Assembly: GCA_019056785.1 (NCBI GenBank)
Contig: DXJV01000036.1
Span: 1 to 32,073, forward strand
DNA: 32,073 nt
Source of the DNA: Candidatus Heimdallarchaeota archaeon
Lineage (GTDB): Archaea > Asgardarchaeota > Heimdallarchaeia > JABLTI01
Direction of reading: 5' to 3'
Made by a program: the position numbers and the translations under genes. Below the pieces are notes generated by a model. That model was not told the DNA's origin. It saw only the letters and a program-made list of their open reading frames with translations, and did no database searches. Positions 17,908 to 28,123 of this stretch are shown here, piece after piece. The stretch's first letter is position 1, and each line of letters starts with the position of its first letter.

Positions 17908-18360
17908 ATGAAAGAAAGGAAGATGAAGCTAATAACAGTTGCAGGAGTAATGCTAATAGCAACAGTTATTATAGGTGGCCTCATCTTCGGGCCGTTCAAC
18001 AAACTGCTTCCGGAAAGTTTGAGAAGAAAATTAGGATATGACACAACAACTACGGGAGTTATCACGGCCCGTCTAATTGTAGATTTCAATGGCGCGCGAG
18101 TGAATGTTAATACCACCATTACTTTCCAAGAGAACGAAACTGCAACGGCTTACAGCATTTTGATCAAAGCAAATCTCACATTGAAAATAAAAGAATATCA
18201 ACAAGGTATCTATATTGAAGGAATTGAAGGAGTTACACAGAATGCCACACATTTCTGGTGGTATCAAATAAATGGAAAAGATGGAACGGTTGCAGCCAAT
18301 CGTTTAGACCTGAGAAGTTATTCTGCTTGGCTGGTAAGCTGGATATTTAGACGGTATTAG
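17908..18360 (+). CDS. DUF4430 (transcobalamin C-terminal-like beta-grasp) membrane-anchored protein
   Basis: N-terminal TM; TAYSIL..GIYIEGIEGV..FWWYQING..VAANRLDL pattern. Confidence 0.8.
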   Translation: MKERKMKLITVAGVMLIATVIIGGLIFGPFNKLLPESLRRKLGYDTTTTGVITARLIVDFNGARVNVNTTITFQENETATAYSILIKANLTLKIKEYQQGIYIEGIEGVTQNATHFWWYQINGKDGTVAANRLDLRSYSAWLVSWIFRRY

Positions 18361-18375
18361 GATGTGAAATAAATT

Positions 18376-19095
18376 ATGACTAGAAATCGAACGCAAAAAA
18401 GCAATATAATTGTATTATTACTTCTTCTAATAGTTGGATTGAGTAACATAAAAACGCAAGCCAGTATTGTAATTGACTTTTACTATGGAGAATCGTTCGC
18501 TTGGGAAATTGATGACATTTCCTCGAGTAACAATTCGTGGTATAATATTTCGACGTTTGCTTTTGTCACAAATTGGCATGCAAATAAAAGTGACCTCATA
18601 TCGTTTTCAGTTCTTAACTCGAAAACTATTAATGAAAAGCAATTTCTCTTCGGCAATCTTTCAATAGGAAATATTAGTCTGCTGGCAGATAACAAGGATA
18701 TCGGTTTTAATTTAGGGCTTTCTGTTAATCCTTGGTATGGTGGACTTGTGGCTTTGGAAGACAATTGGAAAACACTAATTCTAAGCCACCCTTTCAACAC
18801 AACAAATGCACAGATTATTGAAGAAAAAACAATTAATTGGTCAGGGCAAGATGTGGCTGTTATAGAAATAAACTACGATGATGGCTTCCAAAAGTCAACA
18901 TTGCAATACGAAAAGCTAACCGGAATTTTAATGACTGCTAATACCTCTGTAGGGAGTTTTTGGTTGAAGATGCATTTAACTTCCTCCACGATTCCAATTC
19001 CTTCCCCAACAAAAACGATTGTAATTAGTGAAGCGTTCGTTCTCGTAGGTTTAGCAGCGATTGTTCTTCTAAGAAGGATGCACTCGAGAAGATAA
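18376..19095 (+). CDS. Secreted/surface protein with signal peptide and C-terminal TM + basic tail
   Basis: Signal peptide ending TQA; YEKLTGILM motif; PIPSPT linker; C-terminal FVLVGLAAIVLLRRMHSRR; about eight N-x-S/T sequons. Confidence 0.8.
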   Translation: MTRNRTQKSNIIVLLLLLIVGLSNIKTQASIVIDFYYGESFAWEIDDISSSNNSWYNISTFAFVTNWHANKSDLISFSVLNSKTINEKQFLFGNLSIGNISLLADNKDIGFNLGLSVNPWYGGLVALEDNWKTLILSHPFNTTNAQIIEEKTINWSGQDVAVIEINYDDGFQKSTLQYEKLTGILMTANTSVGSFWLKMHLTSSTIPIPSPTKTIVISEAFVLVGLAAIVLLRRMHSRR

Positions 19096-19120
19096 AAAAA
19101 TGGAAGGTTCGTGAAAATTT

Positions 19121-19771
19121 GTGGATGAAAGTAACGAAACATTAACCAATAAAAATTCAGAATTGCTATCAAGAACACTAAAAGAAGAAAGTAAAAATTC
19201 AACTGTTCTTGTTGACGTTACTCAGTCTACACAGCAAGCCAATCACACCATAAAAATTGCTATGGTTGCCATTCTAGGAGCATTAAGTGCCGCCTTATCA
19301 ACAGCATTCATTTTTTTCCCCTATATCGAATTAATGACAATAACACTTTTCTTGGGAGGGATCATTTTAGGGCCAATTTATGCCTGTGCACTGGCAATAA
19401 TTTCAGCCTCGCTTTATGAGATCATCTCTACGGTAATAATTGGACCGGGATTTATTATTTTCCCCTTTAAATTGGTCGCTTTTCTTCTCATAGCGCTTTC
19501 TGGTGCGTTTTGTAAACAATTAATAGAGAAAGATACGACTGTATTATTACGATTATTTTTCGCAACAATTGGGGGGCTCTTAACCATCGCCTTTGATCTC
19601 ATTACAAATGTCGGTTGGATAATTTTAGCTCAAAATTTCAATTTCATAGGTTATTTTACAGCCTTGTTAATTGGGCTTCCTGTAACAGCATCCAAAGTTG
19701 TTGTGAATGGAGTCTTGTTCTTTTTTATCCCCGATGTCTATAAAAGAGCAATAAAATCGTTACCAAGATAG
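19121..19771 (+). CDS. ECF transporter S component (CbrT-like, possibly corrinoid)
   Basis: KIAMVAILGALS, PYIELMTITLFLGGIILGPIYA, FDLITN; 5-6 TM helices. Confidence 0.78.
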   Translation: MDESNETLTNKNSELLSRTLKEESKNSTVLVDVTQSTQQANHTIKIAMVAILGALSAALSTAFIFFPYIELMTITLFLGGIILGPIYACALAIISASLYEIISTVIIGPGFIIFPFKLVAFLLIALSGAFCKQLIEKDTTVLLRLFFATIGGLLTIAFDLITNVGWIILAQNFNFIGYFTALLIGLPVTASKVVVNGVLFFFIPDVYKRAIKSLPR

Positions 19772-20002
19772 AAAAAAAAAGAATAGATGCTATTGGGGAA
19801 AGAAACCAGTCAGGAAATGGGCTTAAAAAAGGTTTGAACAAAACAAACGTATGATTTTTAAAGATTATAAGTGTATAAGAGACTACAATAAAATAAAATT
19901 GTCTTTCGATTTATTAACAACAATGAAAAATTAATTAAATCGATTAAAAACAGTATGTAAAAGATACAAACTACTGGCGGAATTTGTTTCGGAGATGGAA
20001 AA

Positions 20003-21145
20003 ATGAGCGAACCAACCTTTGAAGAAGAGTTACGCCCACCTTATGAAGAAGGCGTTTTACTAGATGTTCGAGGAATAAGAACCTATTTCTTTACAGAAGA
20101 AGGAATTGTAAGAGCTCTTGAAAATGTGAGCTATAAAGTATATGAAGCTAAAACGCTTGGTATTGTGGGCGAATCTGGTTGTGGAAAATCAGTCAGTGCG
20201 CTCTCAGTTATGGGCATTGTCCCAGATCCCCCAGGCAAAATTATTGAAGGCGAAGTCTGGTATCGAGGCGAAGACCTACGGAAGAAATCAGATGCAGAAA
20301 TGCGAACCATTCGAGGAAACAAAATGGCAATGATCTTCCAAGATCCTATGACCTCTCTAAACCCTGTTTTAACAGTTGGCGACCAAATCATGGAAGCCAT
20401 TCGACTGCATCAGGAAGTTGATTTACAGACTGCAAGAGAAAATGCCATTAAAATTATGGACCTTGTAGGGATTCCAAGCGCAGTGGATCGAGTTGACGAT
20501 TATCCCTTCATGTTTTCAGGGGGTATGAGACAACGAGTAATGATTGCAATGTCACTCTCATGCAACCCTGAGTTATTAATTGCCGATGAGCCAACAACTG
20601 CTTTGGATGTCACTATTCAAGCCCAGATCTTAAACATCCTAAAAGCGATTCGTAACGAGTTTAATATGTCTATTATGCTCATCACTCACGACCTTGGAGT
20701 TATTGCAGAACTGACAGATTATGTAACAGTTATGTATGCAGGCTACATTGTTGAATATGCTTCAACAATTGAATTATTTAAGAATCCAATGCATCCCTAT
20801 AGTATTGCCTTATTAGGGGCAATTCCCAAGCCAGACACGCGAAAAGATGATGACCTAACAATCATTCCGGGAGCAATTCCAAACCTCATCACGCCCCCAC
20901 CCGGTTGCCGGTTCCACCCGCGTTGCTCTCACACAATGGATATCTGCAAGAAAGAAATTACAAAATTGCGACAAGTTGCCCCACAACACACAGTCCGATG
21001 TCACTTGTTCAACAAATATCCCGTAGCAGAAGTGGAAGAATACACTGAAAAAATGCGTGAACGTTATCAACGAGAACAACTTGAAGAGATCCAAACGAAG
21101 AAATTCAAACGCCGGCTTAAAAAATTCATTAAAGGACGAGAATAA
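20003..21145 (+). CDS. oppD: Oligopeptide/dipeptide ABC transporter ATP-binding subunit (OppD/DppD type)
   Basis: [60 protein letters not shown]. Confidence 0.93.
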   Translation: MSEPTFEEELRPPYEEGVLLDVRGIRTYFFTEEGIVRALENVSYKVYEAKTLGIVGESGCGKSVSALSVMGIVPDPPGKIIEGEVWYRGEDLRKKSDAEMRTIRGNKMAMIFQDPMTSLNPVLTVGDQIMEAIRLHQEVDLQTARENAIKIMDLVGIPSAVDRVDDYPFMFSGGMRQRVMIAMSLSCNPELLIADEPTTALDVTIQAQILNILKAIRNEFNMSIMLITHDLGVIAELTDYVTVMYAGYIVEYASTIELFKNPMHPYSIALLGAIPKPDTRKDDDLTIIPGAIPNLITPPPGCRFHPRCSHTMDICKKEITKLRQVAPQHTVRCHLFNKYPVAEVEEYTEKMRERYQREQLEEIQTKKFKRRLKKFIKGRE

Positions 21146-21263
21146 GAAATAAAACTGTCCTCTTTTCCTTCTCCTCTTTTCCGCCAAACCTTTTTATTTT
21201 CAACGAAACTAAAATAAAGGATATGGGATTATTTTTGTAAAAAAAAGGAGAATGTAGTTTAAA

Positions 21264-21488
21264 ATGGCAAAGAAAGAACCTCGTGTCAATAAGCATGAAT
21301 GTTGTGGTTGTGCTTTATGTACCTATGCTTTACCCGAGGTTTTTAGGCTAACACCTGAGGGAGTCGCCGAAGTGTATGCACCTAATAGCGCTGAACGACA
21401 AAGAATTCAAAAAGTTATGGACGATTGCCCGATGGGCTGTGTCCATTGGTTTGAGAAAATACGCCAAGGCAAAGAGAAAAATGCTTAA
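21264..21488 (+). CDS. Monocluster ferredoxin
   Basis: CCGCALC...PEVF...CPMGCV motif. Confidence 0.9.
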   Translation: MAKKEPRVNKHECCGCALCTYALPEVFRLTPEGVAEVYAPNSAERQRIQKVMDDCPMGCVHWFEKIRQGKEKNA

Positions 21489-21497
21489 GTTAACCTC

Positions 21498-21797
21498 TTA
21501 ACCTGTTCGAAGAATGATATGATAGCCAAATTTAGTTTTAACAATGCCCGACAAGTCGCCAGCTTGAAGAGCGAAAGCAGCTTTTTCAAATTCCTTAACC
21601 ATTTGACCACGTCCGAAGAAACCCAGATCGCCGCCACGTTTTTTTGAGGGGCAGGTGGAATTTTCACTTGCAAGTTTTTTGAACACTGTTGGGAGTTGCT
21701 TCGGATTAATAGATTTTAATTGATTCAAAAGTACTTCTGCTTGAGAATATTTTGGAACCAAAATGTGAGAGACTCTGATTTTACTCATTTTAAACAT
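21498..21797 (-). CDS. ppiC: Parvulin-type peptidyl-prolyl cis-trans isomerase
   Basis: [52 protein letters not shown]. Confidence 0.95.
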   Translation of the reverse strand: MFKMSKIRVSHILVPKYSQAEVLLNQLKSINPKQLPTVFKKLASENSTCPSKKRGGDLGFFGRGQMVKEFEKAAFALQAGDLSGIVKTKFGYHIILRTG

Positions 21798-22032
21798 ACC
21801 CTAGATTTGTGTGAGAAGGGCTTGAAATAAAAAACAAGCCAATAACAAACATGAAGCTCTTTATAACTTTTAAAAAAATTACTATTGCGTATTAATATTT
21901 TCCCCCTTACTTCTCTTTAGGCTTGCCAGTGTTCCAATTTCTCGCTTTAAGGGGATACCTTAATAGAAGGAGTTACAACAAAACTCAAAAATTGGATGAG
22001 CCTCAGTCAGTAATGCTTAAGATAATGCCAAG

Positions 22033-23067
22033 ATGATAAGAATGAAACAAGAATTTATTGATCTAGCCCATGGTGCCGGTGGAACTAAAATGGATGAACT
22101 TTTAGAGCTCATCATGAAAAATATCAAGTATCGAAAAGTGGGCGAAGGCATTGGACTCGATGAAAAAGATGATGGAGCAACGATCCCAATTGGAAACAAA
22201 AGGATTGTGACATCAATAGATGGCCATACTGTTCATCCTATTTTCTTTCCAGGGGGGGATTTGGGGAAATTAGCCATCACCGGAACGATAAACGACATTT
22301 GTGTTATGGGTGCAAAACCGCTGGCAATTCTTTCAAGTATAATCATAGAAGAAGGATTTCCAGTTAAAAAATTGCAAGCAATTATTGATTCATTGGCAAA
22401 AACAGCAGAAGAAAATCAAGTTGCAATTATTGCCGGCGATACAAAGGTAATGCCCAGAGGAACAATTGATGAGATGGTCATTACAACCGCAGGAATCGGT
22501 TTTATAGAAGATGAACAATTGGATATACAAGACTCCAACCTCCAGCCAGGCGATAAATTGATAATTTCTGGAACGGTGGGCGATCATGGCATCGCCTTAA
22601 TGGCAGGAAGAGAAGGAATTTCTTTTGAAACTGAACTTGTGTCTGATGTTGCATCTGTTCGAGAAATAGTTGAAGCAGCTTTGAAAGTTGGGGGGGTAGT
22701 GGCAATGAAGGACCCCACTCGTGGTGGGTTAGCATCGGCATTAAATGAATTTGCTGAAAAATCAAATGTAAGCCTTTGGCTTGAAGATGAAAAAATTCCA
22801 ATTGCACCGGCGGTTTATGCAGCAAGTGAGATGTTGGGTTTAGAACCGTTGGGCGTCACTTGTGAAGGCAGAGTATTACTGGCTGTTAAGGCAGAAAAAG
22901 CCACCGAAGTTTTAAAAGCAATTAAAGAACTCCCCTTGGGAAAGAATGCCGCCATAATTGGAGAAGTTCGTGCTGAACGACCAAGATATGTGCTCTCAAA
23001 GACAGTAGTCGGCGGGCACAGAATCATTGAAAAACCCATTGGAGAACAAATACCTCGAGTTTGTTGA
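22033..23067 (+). CDS. hypE: Hydrogenase maturation carbamoyl dehydratase HypE
   Basis: LAHGAGG, PIFFPGGDLGKLA, GDTKV, GDHG, MKDPTRGG, CEG and terminal PRVC. Start 22033 or 22042. Confidence 0.96.
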   Translation: MIRMKQEFIDLAHGAGGTKMDELLELIMKNIKYRKVGEGIGLDEKDDGATIPIGNKRIVTSIDGHTVHPIFFPGGDLGKLAITGTINDICVMGAKPLAILSSIIIEEGFPVKKLQAIIDSLAKTAEENQVAIIAGDTKVMPRGTIDEMVITTAGIGFIEDEQLDIQDSNLQPGDKLIISGTVGDHGIALMAGREGISFETELVSDVASVREIVEAALKVGGVVAMKDPTRGGLASALNEFAEKSNVSLWLEDEKIPIAPAVYAASEMLGLEPLGVTCEGRVLLAVKAEKATEVLKAIKELPLGKNAAIIGEVRAERPRYVLSKTVVGGHRIIEKPIGEQIPRVC

Positions 23068-23230
23068 AGAACAACGTAGTTCTTAGTAAAGAGGCAAAAT
23101 AATTAAATGGTTAAAGGGAAAATAATATGTAAAATTCGATTATGAAAGTCTTTTTAAAGCCTAAAGAATATCACTAAAGTAAAAATTACTTGGCTCCTAA
23201 TTATGAAAACCCTTCGGAGGAAGAACGAAA

Positions 23231-24067
23231 ATGAAAGTTGCAGAGATAATGACCACTGACCCCATTTGTGCGGTGGTTCCCGGCACACGAGATGAGCTCT
23301 TTGAGTTAATTAAAAAAACAAATCTTACTAGCTTTCCAGTCATAAAAGAAGATACAAAAGAACTTGTAGGGATAGTTACAGAAACAGACATTGTAAATAA
23401 ACCCACTGAAACACAATTAGCTCTTTTAATGACAAAGGAACCACAAACTACCACCCCAAAAGAAAATGTTGAAAACATCATTAATACCCTCTATAAAAAT
23501 GGTTTTAGACAGCTTCCTGTCGTAGAAAAAAACAAGTTAGTGGGGATGATTACTATTGGGGACATTATTTCGAAAGTAATTTCCATCGCCTCTTCAGAAA
23601 AAACAATTAATGAGTATATGACTAAATCGATTTTAGGGGTCTGGCAGGAAACACCATTACCAATCTGCCAAAAGATCATGGACTTTGCCAAATCAGAATC
23701 AGCGATCATTTTTGATGATGAGGTAAGAATGGTAGGAATTGTGACAATGATTGATTTTGTCAAGCTCTTTGAAGCAATTCGAAGCGAAAAAATTGATGAA
23801 ATGATCTCCGGTGAAGGAAAAGAAGGCAGCTGGGATTCTGTGTCAACAATTATCGTCCATACAAAAGATCTAACATTACCAAACATTCCGGTTAAAGAAA
23901 TAATGACGAAGGATGTAATCACCACTTTTAGCAAAGCAACAATTAGCGAAGTAGCAAAGAAGATGAGCCGGATGGAACTCTATCAAATCCCTGTTGTAAA
24001 CGCAAAGGGTGATGTCGTCGGGATTATTCGAGACTTCGACCTGCTTAAAGCCTATTCTTCCGACTAA
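23231..24067 (+). CDS. CBS-domain protein (four CBS repeats)
   Basis: KVAEIMTTDP, LVGIVTETDI, LVGMITIGDI, VKEIMTKDV, VVGIIRDFDL. Confidence 0.9.
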   Translation: MKVAEIMTTDPICAVVPGTRDELFELIKKTNLTSFPVIKEDTKELVGIVTETDIVNKPTETQLALLMTKEPQTTTPKENVENIINTLYKNGFRQLPVVEKNKLVGMITIGDIISKVISIASSEKTINEYMTKSILGVWQETPLPICQKIMDFAKSESAIIFDDEVRMVGIVTMIDFVKLFEAIRSEKIDEMISGEGKEGSWDSVSTIIVHTKDLTLPNIPVKEIMTKDVITTFSKATISEVAKKMSRMELYQIPVVNAKGDVVGIIRDFDLLKAYSSD

Positions 24068-24204
24068 TTTCTAGTACAATAGAAGCCTTTTAACGCTAAA
24101 AAGGTGTTTTTTTCACCTTTTGAAACGAAAGATTAAAAAAATAACTTGTGCTTTTCAAGGTTACTCATATCAAAGATTTACAACTGTAACGGAGATCTTA
24201 CACC

Positions 24205-24495
24205 ATGTCCAAAAAAAACGAATCCAACGTAGTCTTCATTGGATCAAAAGGCGTAATGACATATGTCTTGTCATGCATAACACAATTAAATGAAGGCGAT
24301 CAAGAATTAGTTCTTAAAGCTAGAGGACGAGCAATTAGCCGTGCCGTGGACACCGCTGAGATTATTCGCAACCGATTCATTACGGATGCGGTAATCAAGG
24401 ATATCAAAATCTCAACAGAAACTATTGAGAGATCTGAAGGTGGTACTGCAAACGTTTCTGCAATAGAGATTACTATAGCAAAAGGCAAAAAGTAA
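24205..24495 (+). CDS. albA: DNA/RNA-binding protein Alba
   Basis: [41 protein letters not shown]. Confidence 0.96.
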   Translation: MSKKNESNVVFIGSKGVMTYVLSCITQLNEGDQELVLKARGRAISRAVDTAEIIRNRFITDAVIKDIKISTETIERSEGGTANVSAIEITIAKGKK

Positions 24496-24582
24496 TCTTT
24501 GCAGAACAATTCCATTTTTTTCTCTATCTGTTTTCTTTCCTTTTTTGTTTCTTCTTTTAGTAAAAGTATAAATATTCCAGTT

Positions 24583-25851
24583 TCATAGGTTAAAGAAGTC
24601 AGAGAGTCGAGCAATAAGTAAGGGCACTAACAATTCTCCTTTGCTAAGAGACCCATGAGTGGCATTTAAGCCGAGATTGTACATAGGATCAAATTTACCG
24701 CTATGTCCAAAATAAAGGCTGGCATTTTTCCCCAGTAAAATTTGTACTTCACCCATCCGTTCTATAACCTTGTTAGCCGTCGCGCCTTCTCCTAGTAAGA
24801 GGGGATATTTCTCTGGTGTGAAAACAAGCGCTAACTCACCCAGCTCTTCTTCACACCAGGTGAGCACACCCTCAAGTTTCCCGGGTTTAGGGTAAAGATG
24901 CACCACACGACCACTCCGTCCTCGATAATTTATAAGAGTGTTTAAACGCGCTTCAGCATCATTTGTTATTGTAATTGCTTTTTCTTCTAAGAGATCTTCT
25001 TGCCCGTGGTCTGATGTTAAAAAGACAACGGTTTTGTCTAAGATCGATTTATCAAGAGTTTGTAATGTTTTTAGGAATATTTCTTCAATATATTCAAGCA
25101 AAGTTTGATATTCAAAACTTTTTGTTGTATAGCGATGGGAGATAGCGTCAATTGAACCCAGATAAATATTTATAAGTCGTTGTTTGTCGGACGGCGTTTC
25201 GAGGACACGTTTTAAACTTGCAAAACAATCCACTAAGCTATAATAGCCAATGGTATAAGCATTATTTGTCAGAAAATTCGACAAACCACTATTAGCTATG
25301 TGATTTTCAATCAAATCAATTTGTTCAATGCCTGAATTTTTTGCAATAGGGAAATCACACCACAACCAATTTGTAACGCTTACACCTGCTTGAGCCAAAC
25401 TAGCGGTACTATCTTTCGCTTCAAGTGTAAGAGTATCAACAATATTCCCAACCTCAGAAAAATAGATTTTATGTCCCAAAATCCCATGAGCAACTGGCAT
25501 TTTTCCTAATCGCAAAGAAGGGATACAAGTACTGGTGATAGTCGGAAAAACCGAGGATAATGCCAAACCATTAGCTTTGAAAATCCTTTGAAATAAAGAG
25601 GAATAGGATAGAAATTGTTCCAAGCCCAGGGCGTCAATAATTAAAAAAACGATATTTGAGACGTCTTTTTCTTGAATGTTTCTCCAAAAAGATCTTTCTT
25701 TTAAAGAAGGTTCTAATGTTTCTTCTTGAGGGGGAGAATAACCAAACAAGGTTAAAGCTGTAGGGAGAACCTTTGAAATGTTTTGTTCCAAATCTGGTAA
25801 AAAGAGGTCCTTTCGAGAACCAAGTGGTTTTAAGGATAGAGGGTCGGGCAA
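24583..25851 (-). CDS. Alkaline-phosphatase superfamily nucleotide pyrophosphatase/phosphodiesterase
   Basis: IIDALG, SVFPTITST (Thr nucleophile), HGILG, DAISH, TSDHG, THGSLS. Confidence 0.88.
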   Translation of the reverse strand: MPDPLSLKPLGSRKDLFLPDLEQNISKVLPTALTLFGYSPPQEETLEPSLKERSFWRNIQEKDVSNIVFLIIDALGLEQFLSYSSLFQRIFKANGLALSSVFPTITSTCIPSLRLGKMPVAHGILGHKIYFSEVGNIVDTLTLEAKDSTASLAQAGVSVTNWLWCDFPIAKNSGIEQIDLIENHIANSGLSNFLTNNAYTIGYYSLVDCFASLKRVLETPSDKQRLINIYLGSIDAISHRYTTKSFEYQTLLEYIEEIFLKTLQTLDKSILDKTVVFLTSDHGQEDLLEEKAITITNDAEARLNTLINYRGRSGRVVHLYPKPGKLEGVLTWCEEELGELALVFTPEKYPLLLGEGATANKVIERMGEVQILLGKNASLYFGHSGKFDPMYNLGLNATHGSLSKGELLVPLLIARLSDFFNL

Positions 25852-25993
25852 TTTTTAAGTCAACTCAATGAAGATAGTGATTTTTATACATATTGAAAAA
25901 GCTTTATGAAATAAAGGTGTTTTTCTATTTGTGAAGAAGAAAGTAATTTCTGCTTAAAAGAATTTTTAAGAAAAGAAAAGGCATTATTAATGC

Positions 25994-28123
25994 ATGTTCA
26001 ATCAAGTTTTAGAAAGAATTTCAGAGGAGTTTTCAGGCGCAAATGCTAAAGGGCTCATTAGTGGCATTGCACATTTCCACCGCATTCAATCTTCGCCCGG
26101 ATTCCGGGCAGCGGCTAAGTTTTGTTATAACAAGCTCGTTGACTTTGGAATTCCTAAAGTCGAACTTCTTACTTTTCCAGCAAAAGGTAAGAACACCTAT
26201 TGGGGGGTCCCTGTCCCTAAAGAATGGGTAATTAAACGTGCCTCATTGGACCTAATCGAACCAAAAGAAAAAGCAAAAAACCTTTGTAGATTTCTTGATG
26301 ACCCGTGCTCAATTATTCAAAGATCAAAAGGCACACCAAAAGAAGGGATTACTGGGGAAGTAGTGATTTTGGAAAGAGGGTTAAAGGAAGAAGAAATTGA
26401 GAAACTAGACTTGAAAGGGAAATTTATCCTCACAGATGACCCTGATTTAAGAAAATTACGAGAAATTGCAGTGAAAAAAGCACAAGCAGCAGGGATAATT
26501 TATGATTTGGTGTCTGAATTTAAGCCTTTGCGAACGAGAGCAAACTTTCCTACCGCAAGAAGGTATACTTCATTCTGGTATGATGTACACGATTCCGAGG
26601 GGGACGCGCTTGGGTTTGTCTTATCAGCAGAATTAGGGGATGAACTCAGAGCATTAATAAAACAACAAGAAGAGAGAAGAAGAAAGGATAAGAAAGACAA
26701 AGAAGAATGCGCAGTTAAGGTTCATGCAGAAATAGACGCATATTTCATCGATGGGGCAATGGAAGTTGTAGAATTTTTCATCCCGGGGACAACAGATGAG
26801 GAAGAAGTATTAGCAGTAGCACACTTGTGCCATCCCAAACCAGGGGCAATAGATAATGCAAGTGGGTGTGGTACCTTAATGGAGGTTGCTCGAACATTAC
26901 AAACATTAATTTCCACGAAAAAACTTCCACGACCAAAACGGGGAATGCGCTTTTTATTGATGGCAGAATTTACAGGCACGGTATGCTATTTAGCCACACA
27001 TGAAAAAATTATCGAAAAATTTGTGGCGGGAATAAATGCTGACATGGTAGGGGCGGATCAGAGCATTGGAGGAGGGCGAACTTTGGTAATGGAGCGCACA
27101 CATGATTCTTGTCCTTCTTTTGTGAATGATGTCCTAAGTGCCATACTCCACGAGAGAAGTAAAGAAGTGAAAAATTTCACCGGGACTGGGGCGTTTGCGA
27201 CATTTAAATATGCAAACGACCAGCCTTTCTCAGGGGGTTCTGACCATTTCATTCTGGGATTTCCGGACATTGGGATTGGCACACCTATGCTCATTCAATG
27301 GCCCGACAGGTTTTATCACACAGGAGAAGATACCATAGAAAAAGTCTCTGAAGAAATGCTGGCTATTGTTGGCTCCCTTATTGGAACATATTGTTATTTT
27401 ATTGCAAATGCAGGATATCCTGAAGTTCTCTGGTTGATACAAGAAGTCGGAAGTAAAGCAAGAGAACGGATAATACAGTTTGCTCGAGAATATGCCAATA
27501 GTATAGTAAAGAAGATGACTACAGAAGAGAAGCAAGAAGAGAAAGAAAAGCAAGCATATATGCTCATAAAGAATGTTGAAAAAAGAATAACCTTCCGAAA
27601 AGAGCGCGAAATTTTAACTCTCCGCTCTACAAAAAAACTCCTTTCGAAAGAACAGATGGAAAAAGAAGAAATTAAGAAACTATTGCACAATGAAGAAAAA
27701 CTCATTATAGAGACGGCCAACAAAGAACTTGCACGATTGAAAAAAGAATTGATTGGACTTTTTGAATCTTTAAAATTAACACCGAAAGAACCGAATGGCG
27801 AAAAAGAATCACTCAGTAAAGAAGATCGAGAACTTATCCCTGTAAAGCAGTTCAGAGGACCGATAACCGGTTTGCACAGACTAACAATACCTTATGAAGA
27901 ACTCCACAATTATGAAAAATTAATTGAAGAACACAAAGAGCTGACTAATACAATTGACGCCGCAATCTTTTGGATAAATGGAAAACGGACTTTTTCGGAG
28001 ATTTGTGCTCTTGTTGAAGCTGAGCTAGGCAAGGTAGATGAAAAATTCTTGTTTAAAATATTAAGCTTCTATGAAAAACACCGACTAATAAAATTGAAAA
28101 GGAAAGAAAAAAAGGAGGACTAA
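25994..28123 (+). CDS. M28-family metallopeptidase-like protein (DUF4910 type) with PA domain and C-terminal winged helix
   Basis: HRIQSSPG, AHLCHP, DNASG, AEFTG, NADMVG, GSDH, YHTGEDT; terminal INGKRTFSEI. Confidence 0.85.
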   Translation: MFNQVLERISEEFSGANAKGLISGIAHFHRIQSSPGFRAAAKFCYNKLVDFGIPKVELLTFPAKGKNTYWGVPVPKEWVIKRASLDLIEPKEKAKNLCRFLDDPCSIIQRSKGTPKEGITGEVVILERGLKEEEIEKLDLKGKFILTDDPDLRKLREIAVKKAQAAGIIYDLVSEFKPLRTRANFPTARRYTSFWYDVHDSEGDALGFVLSAELGDELRALIKQQEERRRKDKKDKEECAVKVHAEIDAYFIDGAMEVVEFFIPGTTDEEEVLAVAHLCHPKPGAIDNASGCGTLMEVARTLQTLISTKKLPRPKRGMRFLLMAEFTGTVCYLATHEKIIEKFVAGINADMVGADQSIGGGRTLVMERTHDSCPSFVNDVLSAILHERSKEVKNFTGTGAFATFKYANDQPFSGGSDHFILGFPDIGIGTPMLIQWPDRFYHTGEDTIEKVSEEMLAIVGSLIGTYCYFIANAGYPEVLWLIQEVGSKARERIIQFAREYANSIVKKMTTEEKQEEKEKQAYMLIKNVEKRITFRKEREILTLRSTKKLLSKEQMEKEEIKKLLHNEEKLIIETANKELARLKKELIGLFESLKLTPKEPNGEKESLSKEDRELIPVKQFRGPITGLHRLTIPYEELHNYEKLIEEHKELTNTIDAAIFWINGKRTFSEICALVEAELGKVDEKFLFKILSFYEKHRLIKLKRKEKKED

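Noticed and set aside
19772-20002. 16-codon ORF and ORB-like words in the intergenic gap
   Set aside because: No signal-peptide character, poor match to ORB consensus, and no cdc6/orc1 gene nearby.
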